Shown one piece after another: positions 13,690 through 27,814 of a DNA stretch of 64,000 bases. Source of the stretch: Eledone cirrhosa (taxonomy: Eukaryota); the NCBI GenBank assembly GCA_964016885.1, contig OZ024766.1, forward strand, positions 9,982,001 through 10,046,000, written 5' to 3'. Below the pieces are notes generated by a model, which ran no database searches, had not been told where the DNA came from, and was given only the letters and a program-made list of their open reading frames with translations. Numbering within the stretch: the first letter of the stretch is position 1; every line of letters starts with the position of its first letter. A program made the position numbers and the translations under genes.

Positions 13690-14267
13690 CTGATAATGGG
13701 TCCCATCTGAAGAATGGTGAGAAGGAAGCGACAAACCCAAAGTTTGACAGATGAATAATACTTTGGATCTTTCAAGGTTAGACTTTTCTCCTGGTTGTAG
13801 TCGACGTAATAAAAATACAGATTGAGCATTGATATGAAAATGGAAGGTAGCAAAACGAAGGCCAACGTGAGCCCACCCCAAAGGTAGTGAGCTCTGTTCA
13901 GATATGAAACAGCCAACATCAAGTCTGTGACGATGTCGGCATAAAAGAAGACAATCGTTGCCAAACTTATGATAATATCCCATTTAGAGTAAGGAAAACC
14001 CACTGGTATTCCGTCAAACACATCACTCCCCGCTGGTATTCCGTCAACCACACCACTCCCCGCTGGTATTCCGTCAACCACATCACTCCCCACTGGTATT
14101 CCGTCAACCACATCACTCCCCACTGAAGAAATAGGTACAATAGATGCCCTGTATCGTGGTGGCCCAACGCTGTTGATTTTTCTCGCTTTTGGCCCCATAT
14201 TTACTGTTTTTTTCGTAGGTTCTTTTCGTTGTATATAAGACGTGTCCGAGGAATTTGCTAAATCCAT
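13690..14267 (-). CDS. XK-related protein, first coding exon (joined product about 639 aa)
   Basis: ATG at 14267; FYADIVTDL and WGGLTLAFVLLPS are typical XK TM1-2 motifs; donor ATCAG|GTAACT, phase 2; likely acceptor upstream at 14335-14336. Confidence 0.88.
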
Positions 14268-14659
14268 GGCCCTTTTTAATTACATGCTCCTTCGTTGAAT
14301 TCCTTGATTTGGTTGCTTTTAACACGTTTTGCACCTTGAAATGAAAAATCGAAAAATTATAAAATTATGGTTTCTTATATAGGCACAAGTCACCAATTTT
14401 GGGAGAGGGGAAAGTCGATTAAATTGACCCCAGTGCCTGCCTGGTACTTTATTTTATTGACCCCTTCAGCGGGATTTGAACTTTAATTGAAAAAATATGA
14501 AATTATAAAATTATAAAATTAAATTTATAGGAATTGCTAGGGTAAACCCAGAAATATAGCTAGGGAAAGGTCCTATGGCAAACATTAAAATTGTGCCTTT
14601 ACCAAAACAGCAAGCTATATTTAATTAAAGTGGAAAACATCTTAAAATTTTGTTAATTC

Positions 14660-16641
14660 AAATGTTTATAGTATCTTTACTGGTGGACAGATTGTTGTGA
14701 CAATTTACAGTATTAAAGTAAAGACTTTAATATTTAATGTGATGTAGTCATAGTGTTGTTTTGTACTAAATGTTTATAGTATCTTTACTGGGGGACAGAT
14801 TGTTGTGAAAATTTACAGTATTACAGTAAAGACTTTAATATTTAATGTGATGTAGTCATAGTGTTGTTTTGTACTAAATGTTTATAGTATCTTTACTGGT
14901 GGACAGATTGTTGTGAAAATTTACAGTATTACAGTAAAGACTTTAATATTTAATGTGATGTAGTCATAGTGTTGTGTTGTACTAAATGTTTATAGTATCT
15001 TTACTGGTAGACAGATTGTTGTGAAAATTTACAGTATTACAGTAAAGACTTTAATATTTAATGTGATGTAGTCATAGTGTTGTTTTGTACTAAATGTTTA
15101 TAGTATCTTTACTGGTGGACAGATTGTTGTGACAATTTACAGTATTACAGTAAAGACTTTAATATTTAATGTGATGTAGTCATAGTGTTGTTTTGTACTA
15201 AATGTTTATAGTATCTTTACTGGTAGACAGATTATTGTGAAAATTTACAGTATTACAGTAAAGACTTTAATATTTAATGTGATGTAGTCATAGTGTTGTT
15301 TTGTACTAAATGTTTATAGTATCTTTACTAGTGGACAGATTGTTGTGAAAATTTACAGTATTACAGTAAAGACTTTAATATTTAATGTGATGTAGTCATA
15401 GTGTTGTGTTGTACTAAATGTTTATAGTATCTTTACTGGTAGACAGATTGTTGTGGAAATTTACAGTATTACAGTAAAGACTTTAAGATTTAATGTGATG
15501 TAGTCAGTGTTGTTTTGTACTAAATGTTTATAGTATCTTTACTGGTGGACAGATTGTTGTGAAAATTTACAGTATTACAGTAAAGACTTTAATATTTAAT
15601 GTGATGTAGTCATAGTGTTGTTTTGTACTAAATGTTTATAGTATCTTTACTAGTGGACAGATTGTTGTGAAAATTTACAGTATTACAGTAAAGACTTTAA
15701 TATTTAATGTGATGTAGTCATAGTGTTGTTTGTACTAAATGTTTATAGTATCTTTACTAGTGGACAGATTGTTGTGAAAATTTACAGTATTACTGTAAAG
15801 ACTTTAATATTTAATGTGATGTAATCATAGTGTTGTTTTGTACTAAATGTTTATAGTATCTTTACTGGTAGACAGATTGTTGTGAAAATTTACAGTATTA
15901 CAGTAAAGACTTTAATATTTAATGTGATGTAGTCATAGTGTTGTTTTGTACTAAATGTTTATAGTATCTTTACTGGTGGACAGATTGTTGTGAAAATTTA
16001 CAGTATTACAGTAAAGACTTTAATATTTAATGTGATGTAGTCATAGTGTTGTTTTGTACTAAATGTTTATAGTATCTTTACTGGTGGACAGATTGTTGTG
16101 ACAATTTACAGTATTACAGTAAAGACTTTAATATTTAATGTGATGTAGTCATAGTGTTGTTTTGTACTAAATGTTTATAGTATCTTTACTGGTAGACAGA
16201 TTATTGTGAAAATTTACAGTATTACAGTAAAGACTTTAATATTTAATGTGATGTAGTCATAGTGTTGTTTTGTACTAAATGTTTATAGTATCTTTACTAG
16301 TGGACAGATTGTTGTGAAAATTTACAGTATTACAGTAAAGACTTTAATATTTAATGTGATGTAGTCATAGTGTTGTGTTGTACTAAATGTTTATAGTATC
16401 TTTACTGGTAGACAGATTGTTGTGGAAATTTACAGTATTACAGTAAAGACTTTAAGATTTAATGTGATGTAGTCATAGTGTTGTTTTGTACTAAATGTTT
16501 ATAGTATCTTTACTGGTGGACAGATTGTTGTGAAAATTTACAGTATTACAGTAAAGACTTTAATATTTAATGTGATGTTGTCATAGTGTTGTTTTGTACT
16601 AAATGTTTATAGTATCTTTACTGGTGGACAGATTGTTGTGA
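14660..16641. repeat. 108-bp satellite, about 18 units
   Basis: AATGTTTATAG at 14661, 14769, 14877. Confidence 0.95.
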
Positions 16642-16642
16642 T

Positions 16643-16677
<35 letters not shown>

Positions 16678-16823
16678 AAAAGGTAAACAAAAATATAAAA
16701 CAACACAGTTCCTGGAAGAAATATGTAAGTTTACACAGAAAATTGAAGACTCACCACTGAAAAAGAGACATATCATGGTTGACTAGTCAAGGAATTTCAT
16801 TTGGTGGGAGATAAGTTGGTAAG

Positions 16824-16874
<51 letters not shown>

Positions 16875-16877
<3 letters not shown>

Positions 16878-17208
16878 ACCCAGCATAAATGTGTTGAGAG
16901 GGGAACTGTGTCTGAGAGGGATAGAATGTAGTGTACGGGAGAGGAGACTGAGGTGGTATGGACATGTGATGTGCATGGAGGATGACCGATGGGTGAAGAA
17001 GTGCCAGGAAATGCCAATTGAAGGAAGACGTGGTAGAGGTAGACCCCGAGAGGCGTGGGTGGAGGTGGTGAGAACAGACCTCAGATCATTGAAGCTCACG
17101 GTGCAGATGACGAAGGACCGTGACGAGTGGAGAGATGCCGTGCTGAATAAGACCCGTCCCACCCTTGCAAGCAGGGAAGAGCGGACGTATGATGATGATG
17201 ATGATGAT
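16875..17208 (+). mobile_element. RTE LINE 3' fragment
   Basis: RPSINVLR...RLRWYGHV...GRGRPREAW plus (GAT)n tail. Confidence 0.9.
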
Positions 17209-17566
17209 ATATCACTCTATACATATATATATATATATATACAAGTGGAAGCTTAGTAAAATCGAAGCTTTGGGTGTGGCCAAGCAAAGTCGACCTACAA
17301 TAAGGAATGAGTAGCAAAGCACTCAATAAGAGTAGGTCCTTAGAGTAATAACATACGTTTAAATAGCTTGACAATTGAAAATTGCGTTAGGCAAAACCCA
17401 ACCATACAGTACCAAACCAACAAAAGAACTACCAGGTTTATATAGAATGGAAAACGAACAATCAGTGATGCATCGGAACTGAATTTATTGTTTCCTCGGT
17501 GAACAACACTCGAAGTACAATATTCTAATGGTAGCGAAGATGGTATATATCTATATATATATATAT

Positions 17567-17604
<38 letters not shown>

Positions 17605-17739
17605 GTCAATACTCATCTTTTTCCATTTATCTGAGGGTTCTAAACCCCGTTATCAAGCTAAAATTCCTTTAGTCAAAAATACGGTGAAAGCTATATATTT
17701 TCTAATTTCAAACTCGCTCACTGTTTCAAAACATACTTA

Positions 17740-17774
<35 letters not shown>

Positions 17775-18290
17775 ATAATGAAATTATTGTGTACAGTGCT
17801 CAGGTGCACTACAACTCATCAAAGGTGCATGTATAGTACATAGAATAATGTACAAATGTCACGAAAATGAACAGTGTATGAGTCATGATATAATAATAAT
17901 AACAATAATGAAATATTGTGTACAGTGCTCAGGTGCACTACAACTCATCAAAAAAGTGCATGTACAGTACATAGGGCAATGCACAAACATCAGTAAAATG
18001 AACAGTGCACGAGTCATGATACACACGTGTGCATGTGTATGGAAGGGGTACATCAGGTGTAGTTTTGGCGTATTTTGGGAAGCCATCATCATCGTTTAAT
18101 GTCCATCTTCCACGCTTGCATGGGTTTGATATATATATCATCTTAGCTACCATTAGAATATTACACCTCGATTTGTTCACCGGGGAAACAATATATTGTG
18201 TATTTACTCCACTAAGCTGTTGAGTGCTTTATATCAGTTATAAAAAATGTTTAAGCTTGTTGAACCCCAACAAATTAAATATAACCTCTG

Positions 18291-18325
<35 letters not shown>

Positions 18326-18550
18326 AGATCAAAAGATGGTTAAAAGAGTTCCATGTATTTTATTATGCGCATTTCAAAAACAAATATAATCATGCAATAA
18401 CATTTGCGTTTTCGTCAGATAAAATAGGGAGACATGATATGAAGGTTAAAACACACTTGTGAATAGTGCAGTTTTAAATCAACATTTTGATCTTATATAT
18501 TATTTATACTCCAGTCCTTGCTTTATTGTACTACAATAAAACTCACCTCC

Positions 18551-19212
<662 letters not shown>

Positions 19213-19292
19213 TTTATCCCAGGTTTAATCGGAGGTAACCACAGTAAGTAAGGTACTCAATACATAGCAGAGTATAAAGATTTAATATAGAA

Positions 19293-19347
19293 AAGGCTTC
19301 TACAGGACTAGAACTGTTTCATTCAGGAGAAATCATCAGGAAGCCTT
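19293..19347 (-). ncRNA. Type I hammerhead ribozyme motif within an inverted repeat (19281-19405)
   Basis: AAGGCTTC-CTGATGA-TTTCTCCTGAAT-GAAA-CAG-TTCTAGTC-CTG-TA-GAAGCCTT. Confidence 0.75.
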
Positions 19348-19477
19348 GGATGATTTCTCCCGAACGAAACAGTTCTAGTCCTGTAGAAGCCTTTTCTATA
19401 TTAAATATATATATATATCTCAGTCTATACACATATATGCTTGTGTGTCTATATATATATCATATATATGTTGCAGT

Positions 19478-19625
19478 CTGCAAATTATCCCGGCTCTGCT
19501 GCACTTCAGGTTGAAGAGGGTAAATTCTCCAAATATCGGTGGCTCTCCGACAGGTTTGCAGTCAAGCCCATAACAGTAGAGACTTCTGGTGCACTTGGCC
19601 CTAGGACCACCTCCCTACTCACCAC
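19478..19625 (+). mobile_element. Fragment of an RLE-domain non-LTR retroelement (CRE-like)
   Basis: PGSAA...EEGKFSKY...KPITVETSGALG resembles the K..KY / P.AVET.G.LG restriction-like endonuclease C-terminus. Confidence 0.55.
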
Positions 19626-19635
19626 CATATATATA

Positions 19636-20170
19636 TGGAGGCACATGGCTTAGTGGTTAGAGCATTGGCCTTGCAATCAAACGGTTGTGAGTTCAATTCT
19701 CAGACCAGGTGATGTGTTGTTTCCTTGAGCAAGACACTTTATTTCACATTGCTCCAGTTTACCCAGCTGTAGAAATGAGATGATAGGGACTGCGGTCCCT
19801 ATCATTCCACTGTAAAGTGGTCGTGGAGGTGCCACAGCAAAAAAGTACCCAGCACTCACTGTAAAGTGGTCGTGGAGGTGCCACGGCAAAAAAGTACCCA
19901 GCACTCACTGTAAAGTGGTCGTGGAGGTGCCACGGCAAAAAAGCACCCAGCACTCACTGTAAAGTGGTCGTGGAGGTGCCACGGCAAAAAAGTACCCAGC
20001 CCTCACTGTAAAGTGGACATGGAGGTGCCACGGCAAAAAAGCACCCAGCACTCACTGTAAATGAGGTTGGTGTTAGGAAGGGCATCCAGCTGTAGAAATC
20101 AAGCCAGAATCAGTTCCCGTCCCACCCTTGCAAGCAGGGAAGAAGCGGACGTAAAATGAAATGATGAAAT
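19636..20170 (+). mobile_element. Composite SINE: tRNA head, internal ~49-bp tandem repeats, RTE-like tail
   Basis: TGGCTTAGTGG A box, GAGTTCAATTC B box; about 5 copies of GTGGTCGTGGAGGTGCCAC...CACTGTAAA; ends CCCACCCTTGCAAGCAGGG...GGACGTAAAATGA. Confidence 0.82.
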
Positions 20171-20334
20171 GATATATATATAAGCAAAGAGATATTTAAT
20201 TTGCTGGTAATTCAACAAATTTATTTATAACAGATTCAAAGCACTCAACAGGAATTCCTGGAGTAATCCAAACTGAACCTTAACCGATAAGGTCTGGTTT
20301 CTCGGGTATATCAATATTTATAAAACAAATTTTG

Positions 20335-20397
20335 TATTTTATCTGATGAAAGCGTACCAAAGTTTTTTGGTACCCTTGAAATATATATAATAAAATA
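20335..20397 (+). ncRNA. Type I hammerhead ribozyme motif (self-complementary stem III)
   Basis: TATTTTAT-CTGATGA-AAGCGTACCAAAG-TT-TTTTGGTACCCTT-GAAA-TATATA-TA-ATAAAATA. Confidence 0.78.
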
Positions 20398-20787
20398 AAT
20401 ATGGTTTTATAAATATAGTTTCCATTTATTAATATCATTGATATATCATCATCATCATCATCATCATCGTTTAATGTCCATCTTCCACGCTAGCATGGGT
20501 CTGGATATATATATATATATATATTAAAATACAAATATTAAAAAAATAGATGTTGTTGTGATCAATAAATTTTATTATATATATTTCAGAGAGGATGTAC
20601 TGTTGTACCTCTGAAATATATATAATAAAATGTAATTGATCAAAAGAACATCTATTTTATTAATATTTGTATTTTAATATTAATAACTCTGGAAAATATT
20701 TTACTGTAGAGTGCTTCCAATCTACTGTAAAACTCATTCTTTGATGTACTCATTGAATCTTGTTTAACTCTTTAATATATACATATA

Positions 20788-20836
<49 letters not shown>

Positions 20837-20950
20837 GAAAATAGAGAAATTAATGTGAGCAAGAAGCCAACAGTATTTCATAATATATAAGTGACTATAA
20901 CGTCAAAATGGAAAATATTTAACGTAAGATATGGGAAAATAATTCAAACT

Positions 20951-20996
<46 letters not shown>

Positions 20997-21121
20997 GTTA
21001 TTCCGGGTTGAATCGGAGGTAACCACAGTAAGTAAGGTACTCAATACATGGCAGAGTATAACAGTTTTAATATAGAAGAGATTCTACAGGACTAGAACTG
21101 TTTCATTCATTAGAAATCATC

Positions 21122-21172
21122 AGATTCCTGATGATTTCTAATGAATGAAACAGTTCTAGTCCTGTAGAATCT
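21122..21172 (+). ncRNA. Type I hammerhead ribozyme motif within an inverted repeat (21064-21187)
   Basis: AGATTC-CTGATGA-TTTCTAATGAAT-GAAA-CAG-TTCTAGTC-CTG-TA-GAATCT. Confidence 0.75.
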
Positions 21173-21184
21173 CTTCTATATTAA

Positions 21185-21219
<35 letters not shown>

Positions 21220-21677
21220 TCTATACATCTTTTCCTGAGTCCTGTATTTTTGTTGCTGTGGTGCTGCGGCTGGACTGCCGATTGCTATATTTGATTTGCT
21301 AAGCTGTCTAAAAGTATTGTTATTACTCTGGGGTACTATTCCCCATCCGAGTGCTAAAGCTACATACCGAATTTGCATTCGTTAGCTAGGCTGCAAATTA
21401 AGGCTTCGTTAATGCTGTACTAAAATTTGTATATATATATATATATATATATATATGTAGATAAATCTACCAAAAGTTTACGGTAGTGTCCAATCCGTAT
21501 GAAGAACTCAATGTAATCCAGATATCATGAAAAGAGAAGATGCATTCAAAAACTACTTTCGGTGAAAAATAAACGGAAAACAGAGTCAAGATAAATTATT
21601 AAAAAAATAATGAATAAACAAAGAAACAGTTCCTTATATTAAATATACATACCTACACATATATATGCTGTCTTCAG

Positions 21678-21815
21678 ATTATTTCTGAAGACAGCATATA
21701 TATGTGTAGGTATGTATATTCCCTCTGATAGTTTGTATAAATATTGTACATAGATCTATAGAATATGCATACCAACTCTAACACATATATATCCTAGAAA
21801 CGATCGTAAAATAAT
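21678..21815 (+). ncRNA. Type I hammerhead motif with 105-nt stem II
   Basis: ATTATTT-CTGAAGA-[ATATATATGTGT/ACACATATATAT and GGTATGTATATTC/GAATATGCATACC pairing]-GAAA-CGATCG-TA-AAATAAT. Confidence 0.7.
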
Positions 21816-21944
21816 GAATTTTTTTAAATATAAGGAACTGTTTCTTTGTTTATTCATTATTTTTTAAATAATTTATATACATATATATATATATATATAT
21901 CAGTCTATACATATATATATATATATATATGATGATCGAGATCG

Positions 21945-22200
21945 AGATCGTGTAGGTAGCACGAGAAAAAAAAACACAGTCCACGCTGTAATGTGGCCGT
22001 GTAGGTAACACGGTAAAAAGTTCCCAGTTCCACACTGTAAATGTGGTTGGTGTTAGGAAGGGCATCCAGCCGTAGAAAACCTGCCAGACAGTCCTATACG
22101 AGCGAGACACGGTCACCCGACCAACCTTGCCTCAAGTGGGACAACTCCCGTCCAACCCATGCTAGCATGGAAAGTGGACGTTAAACGATGATGATGATAA
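21945..22200 (+). mobile_element. SINE family C fragment
   Basis: GTTAGGAAGGGCATCCAGCCGTAGAAA...GGACGTTAAACGATGATGATG. Confidence 0.7.
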
Positions 22201-22314
22201 TATATATATATATATATATATAGACTGTAGTAAAAGTTAGGTGGAACTATCCAAGAGTAAGAGCACTCAGTCCATAGGAGGAGTTTAGTATAAATAATTA
22301 CAACAGTGACATAA

Positions 22315-22365
22315 ACAGGTACTCAAGTTTCGTTGGGTTTCTGGGCCCCAATTTCTTCAGCCTGT
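22315..22365 (-). ncRNA. Type I hammerhead ribozyme motif within an inverted repeat (22316-22435)
   Basis: ACAGG-CTGAAGA-AATTGGG...CCCAAC-GAAA-CTTGAG-TA-CCTGT. Confidence 0.68.
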
Positions 22366-22620
22366 CATGAGAAAAATAAAAAAAACAAAGATTTTTGTCT
22401 TTTGGGGCCCAGAACCCAACAAAACTTGAGTACCTGAAGCTCACGGTGGAGATGACAAAGGACCGTGACAAGTGGTGAGATGCTGTGCTGAATAGGACCC
22501 GTCCAACCCTTGCAAGCAGGGTAAAGCGGACGTAAAATGATGATGATGATGATATATACATATATATATATTATATAAATATATATTTTTCTGAAATGTG
22601 TATACATTTTACTGACAGAC

Positions 22621-22707
<87 letters not shown>

Positions 22708-22860
22708 ATCCCAGGTTCACACACATATATATGTGTGTGAGTAGACAGAGAGCTGGGAGAGAAAGACAGACAGAAATACAAATTTAAAAACCAAAAACCC
22801 AAAGAAATGTAAGTTTACTTACCAAACTTCATATCCAGCTAAATATATATAAATATATAT

Positions 22861-22913
<53 letters not shown>

Positions 22914-23259
22914 TCCTATAAACTGTTGAGTGTTACTTATCCGATATTTGCATTGTTTATTGTGCTACAATAAAACTCACCTCCTACATATATATATATA
23001 CATACATACATATATATATACACATATATATATATGTTGCTAATCTTCAATAGTCCTGTGTTGTCATTTAAAAGACATACACACTCGTTAAGATCCAGTT
23101 CAGTTTAATATTCGTTAAGTAAAGTAATCCGTTCATAGTTTAGTAACCAGGTAAATTATTTAGTTGTCATAATTTTAATTGTCAAAAAAAAACAAAAAAA
23201 ATGTCTTTCATCACACCATGTGACCTTCTCAAGAACTGTTACTGCCCCTCTGTATATCT

Positions 23260-23949
23260 GTGTGGTGTGTGTGTGTATCTACAGGTGTGTGTATGTTTTG
23301 TTTTTTTTTCTTTGCACAGTCTTGTCTCTCTGGTGAGGTGTGATTGTTGTGTGTGTGTGTGGGGGGGGTTGATTGTTGCCCGTGTGTGTGCGGGGGGAGT
23401 ATGATTTTTTTTTTGGGGGGGGGTCCCGCGTGTGTGTGTGTGTGGGGGGTAATTGTGTGTGTGTGAGAGGGGAGTGTGTGTGTTAAGATGTGTGGTTGTA
23501 TGTGTGTGTGTGAGAGGGGAGTGTGTGTGTTAAGATGTATGCGTGTGAGAGGTGTGTTGTGTGTGTTAAGATAATTGGTTTTGTGTGATCGTGTGTGTGT
23601 GTGTGTGTGTGCGTGTGTTAAGATATGTGGATGTGTGTGGTTGTGTGTGTGTGTTTATTAAGATGTGTGATTGTGTTTGCATGTGTGTGTGTGTATTAAG
23701 ATGTGTGGTTGTGTGTGTGCGTATGTATTAAGATGTGTGATTGTGTTTGCGTGTGTGTGTGTGTGTGTATGTATAAAGATGTGTGGTTGTGAGTGTGAGA
23801 GGTGTGTGTGTGTGTTAACATGTATGTGTGTGTGGGTATATCGCGTATGCGTGTGAGTATGTGCCTTTGTATGTCTGTACCTGTATATGCATATGTATGT
23901 GCGTGTGTAGGTGTGTCTGTATATGTCTATATATATATGTGTTTGAGTC

Positions 23950-23987
<38 letters not shown>

Positions 23988-24433
23988 GAATGTGATTGTG
24001 GAGGAGGTTGTAATTAGGGGAGGTGGGGCGTGTAATTGTGTGTGCAGGGTGTGTGATTATATGTGTGTGTGTGTGTGTGTGTGTGATATTTATAGAATGA
24101 GAGACTCAGAGAGGGGGAGACCGAGAAATCTAGAAAGAGAGAGAGAGAGAGGGGCAGAGACAGAGAGAGAGGGAGAGAAACCTAGAAACAAAAAGAGAAA
24201 GACAGAGTGTCAGAGAGAGAGAGAGAGAGAGAGTCACAGGCAGAGAGAGAGAGAGAGAGTCAGATAGAGAGAGAGGGAGGGGTGAGTGAGAGACAGACAG
24301 AGAGTGTGTGTGTCAGAGAGAGAGAGAGAGAGAGACAGTGAGAGATAGAGACAGGGTGAGAGAGAGAGAGAGGCAGACAGAGAGAGGGAGAGAGAGAGAG
24401 ATAGAGAGATAGTCAGATAGATAGAGAGAGGGG

Positions 24434-24464
<31 letters not shown>

Positions 24465-25652
24465 GTGAAAGGTGACTAATTAGGAAGTAATTATGTCTAA
24501 TACTACCACCACAACTGCCACAAACTCTAGCAGGTGACCAATACAGCTGTACATGGTTAGTGGTGTGGTGTAGTATAGTGTAGTGTAGTGTAGTGTGGTG
24601 TAGTGTGGTGTGGTGTAGTATAGTGTAGTGTAGTGTAGTGTAGTGTGGTGTGGTGTAGAGTGATGTGGTGTAGTGTGGTGTAGTGTGGTGTGGTGTAGAG
24701 TGATGTGGTGTAGTGTGGTGTAGTGTGGTGTGGTGTAGTGTAGAGTGATGTGGTGTAGAGTGATGTGGTGTAGTGTAGTGTGGTGTGGTGTGGTGTAGAG
24801 TGATGTGGTGTAGTGTGGTGTAGTGTAGTGTAATGTGGTGTAGTGTGGTGTGGTGTAGAGTGATGTGGTGTAGTGTGGTGTAGTGTGGTGTGGTGTAGAG
24901 TGATGTGGTGTAGTGTGGTGTAGTGTAGAGTGATGTGGTGTAGTGTAGTGTGGTGTGGTGTGGTGTGTGTATGTTATGTGTACTGTGGAGGTCTAGTGGT
25001 GTGGTGTGGTGTAGTGTAGAGTGATGTAGTGTAGTGTGGTGTAGAGTGATGTGCTGTGCTGTGGGGTGGTGTGGTGTAGTATAGTATACTGTGATGTAAT
25101 GTGGTGTGGTGTGGTGTGGTGTGGTATACTGTGATGTAATGTGGTGTGGTGTAGTGTGGTGTGGTGCGGTATGTGTATGTTATGTGTACTCTGAAGGTCT
25201 AGTGGTGTGGTGTGGTGTAGTATAGTATACTGTGATGTAATGTGGTGTGGTGTGGTGTGGTGTAGTGTGGTGTAGTATAGTATACTGTGATGTAATGTGG
25301 TGTGGTGTGGTGTGGTGTAGTGTATGTTATGTGTACTCTTAAGATCTAGTGGTGTGGTGTAGTGTGGTGTGGTGTGGTGTGGTGTAGTGTAGTGTGGTGT
25401 GGTGTAGAGTGATGTGGGGTGGTGTGGTGTAGTATAGTATACTGTGATGTAATGTGGTGTGGTGTGGTGTGGTGTAGTGTATGTTATGTGTACTCTGAAG
25501 GTCTAGTGGTGTGGTGTGGTGTGGTGTGGTGTGGTGTGGTGTAGACTATTTAAATTCCTCCCAGCTTGTCAAGTGCATAACATTCCGATAGTCAAAAAAC
25601 CTTTAGACAACAGAACATTGTCGCAACTTCTTTCTCTCTCTCTTTGCGTGTG

Positions 25653-25686
<34 letters not shown>

Positions 25687-25727
25687 CGTGTATATATGTA
25701 TGTGCGTGTGTGTATATATGTATGTGC

Positions 25728-25759
<32 letters not shown>

Positions 25760-25893
25760 GTGTGTGTGCGTGTATATATGTATGTGCGTGTGTGTATATA
25801 TGTATGTGCGTGTGTATATGTGTATATATATATATATATGTGTGTGTGTGTGCGTGTATATATGTATGTGCGTGTGTGTATATATGTATGTGC

Positions 25894-25925
<32 letters not shown>

Positions 25926-26145
25926 GTGTGTGTGCGTGTATATATGTATGTGCGTGTGTGTATATATGTATGTGCGTGTGTATATGTGTATATATATATA
26001 TATATGTGTGTGTGTGTGCGTGTATATATGTATGTGCGTGTGTGTATATATGTATGTGCGTGTGTATATGTGTATATATATATATGTGTGTGTGTGTGTG
26101 CGTGTATATATGTATGTGCGTGTGTGTATATATGTATGTGCGTGT

Positions 26146-26197
<52 letters not shown>

Positions 26198-26328
26198 GTG
26201 TGCGTGTATATATGTATGTACGTGTGTGTATATATGTATGTGTGTGTATATATATATGTATGTGTGTGTATATATGTATGTATATGTGTGTGTATATATA
26301 TATAAATATATATATATATATGTGTGTG

Positions 26329-26424
<96 letters not shown>

Positions 26425-26450
26425 TATATATATATATATACTATATACTA
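23260..26450. repeat. Block of simple repeats: (GT)n, (GA)n, (GTGTG/GTGTA)n pentamer satellite (24560-25543), (TA/TG)n
   Basis: Direct reading. Confidence 0.9.
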
Positions 26451-26740
26451 AAATAACAAATTAAAGTTTAAACAAATAATGGCTGCTTTCGCCCTTAAAC
26501 TTTAATCTGTTATTTTAATAAATATTTGCTCTAGGGTTCTTATATATCTGATATAATATATGTGTGTGTGTATGTATGTATGTATATATGTGTGTGTGTG
26601 TATGTATGTATGTATATATTTGTGTGTGTATGTATGTATAGCAAATTTAATATAAAAATGGCTTCTACAGGTCTAGAACTGTTTCATTCGAAAGAAATCA
26701 TTAGGAGAGTCTGTGGTTACTGTAACTTTTACACACACAC

Positions 26741-26777
<37 letters not shown>

Positions 26778-27196
26778 AATGAAAATATATATATATGTAT
26801 ATAAATAAAAAAAAAATATATATATATATATAGGTGTGTCTGTATATTATGTATATATATTATATGTATATATTGCAAATATGATCTGTTTATGCGTGTG
26901 TATATATTATATAATATATATATATATATATGTGTGTGTATATATATATGTGTATATATATGTGTGTATATATATGTGTGTATATATATGTATGTGTATA
27001 TGTGTGTGTGTATATATGTGTGTATATATATGTGTGTGTATATATATATATGTGTGTGTGTATATAATGCTGTACAACGAAAACAGATAAGACAACGTTT
27101 AGTAGTTTTAAAAAATCGATCGGTTTACGATATCAATAACAAAATAACATCGACTTATCGACTTCTTATAAGGTTATAAGCCCTACCTTCAATGTG

Positions 27197-27232
<36 letters not shown>

Positions 27233-27565
27233 AGAGAGAGAGGCTGGTGTATAAAGTTGGTAAAAGAATCCAAGGGTTTATAACATTCGATTTCTGGGAC
27301 GATTTATGTGGATGAAGAGTGTGGTCCCTGTCATTGTGATTGTACCCTGAGCTAATCGATATTGAAACAACTGTAATATATCAATAAAGTTTATATATAT
27401 ATACTGCAACACTGATTTCGATCTAACTTTATATATATATATATATATATATAATGTGTGTTATATAATATTCATAAAGGGTTGGACCCCGACGGGTGAG
27501 CTTTTGCAGTTTCAACAGCTAGTTCCATATATATATACATATATACACACATATATATATATATA

Positions 27566-27618
<53 letters not shown>

Positions 27619-27741
27619 AACCACTGGTAAATGAAATAATTGCCTTATGTTGTTTATTACATAACTATATATATATATATATATATATGTGTATATATGT
27701 ATATATATATATATATATGTGTATATATATGTATATATATA

Positions 27742-27814
<73 letters not shown>

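Noticed and set aside
14660-16641. CRISPR-like regular arrays (here and at other satellites)
   Set aside because: No unique spacers, no cas genes, eukaryotic context.
19636-19710. tRNA gene
   Set aside because: A/B boxes present but it continues into SINE body, is multi-copy, and lacks a full acceptor stem.
26660-26712. Hammerhead, minus strand
   Set aside because: Core mutated (CTAATGA) and stem I disrupted; counted only as a decayed copy.
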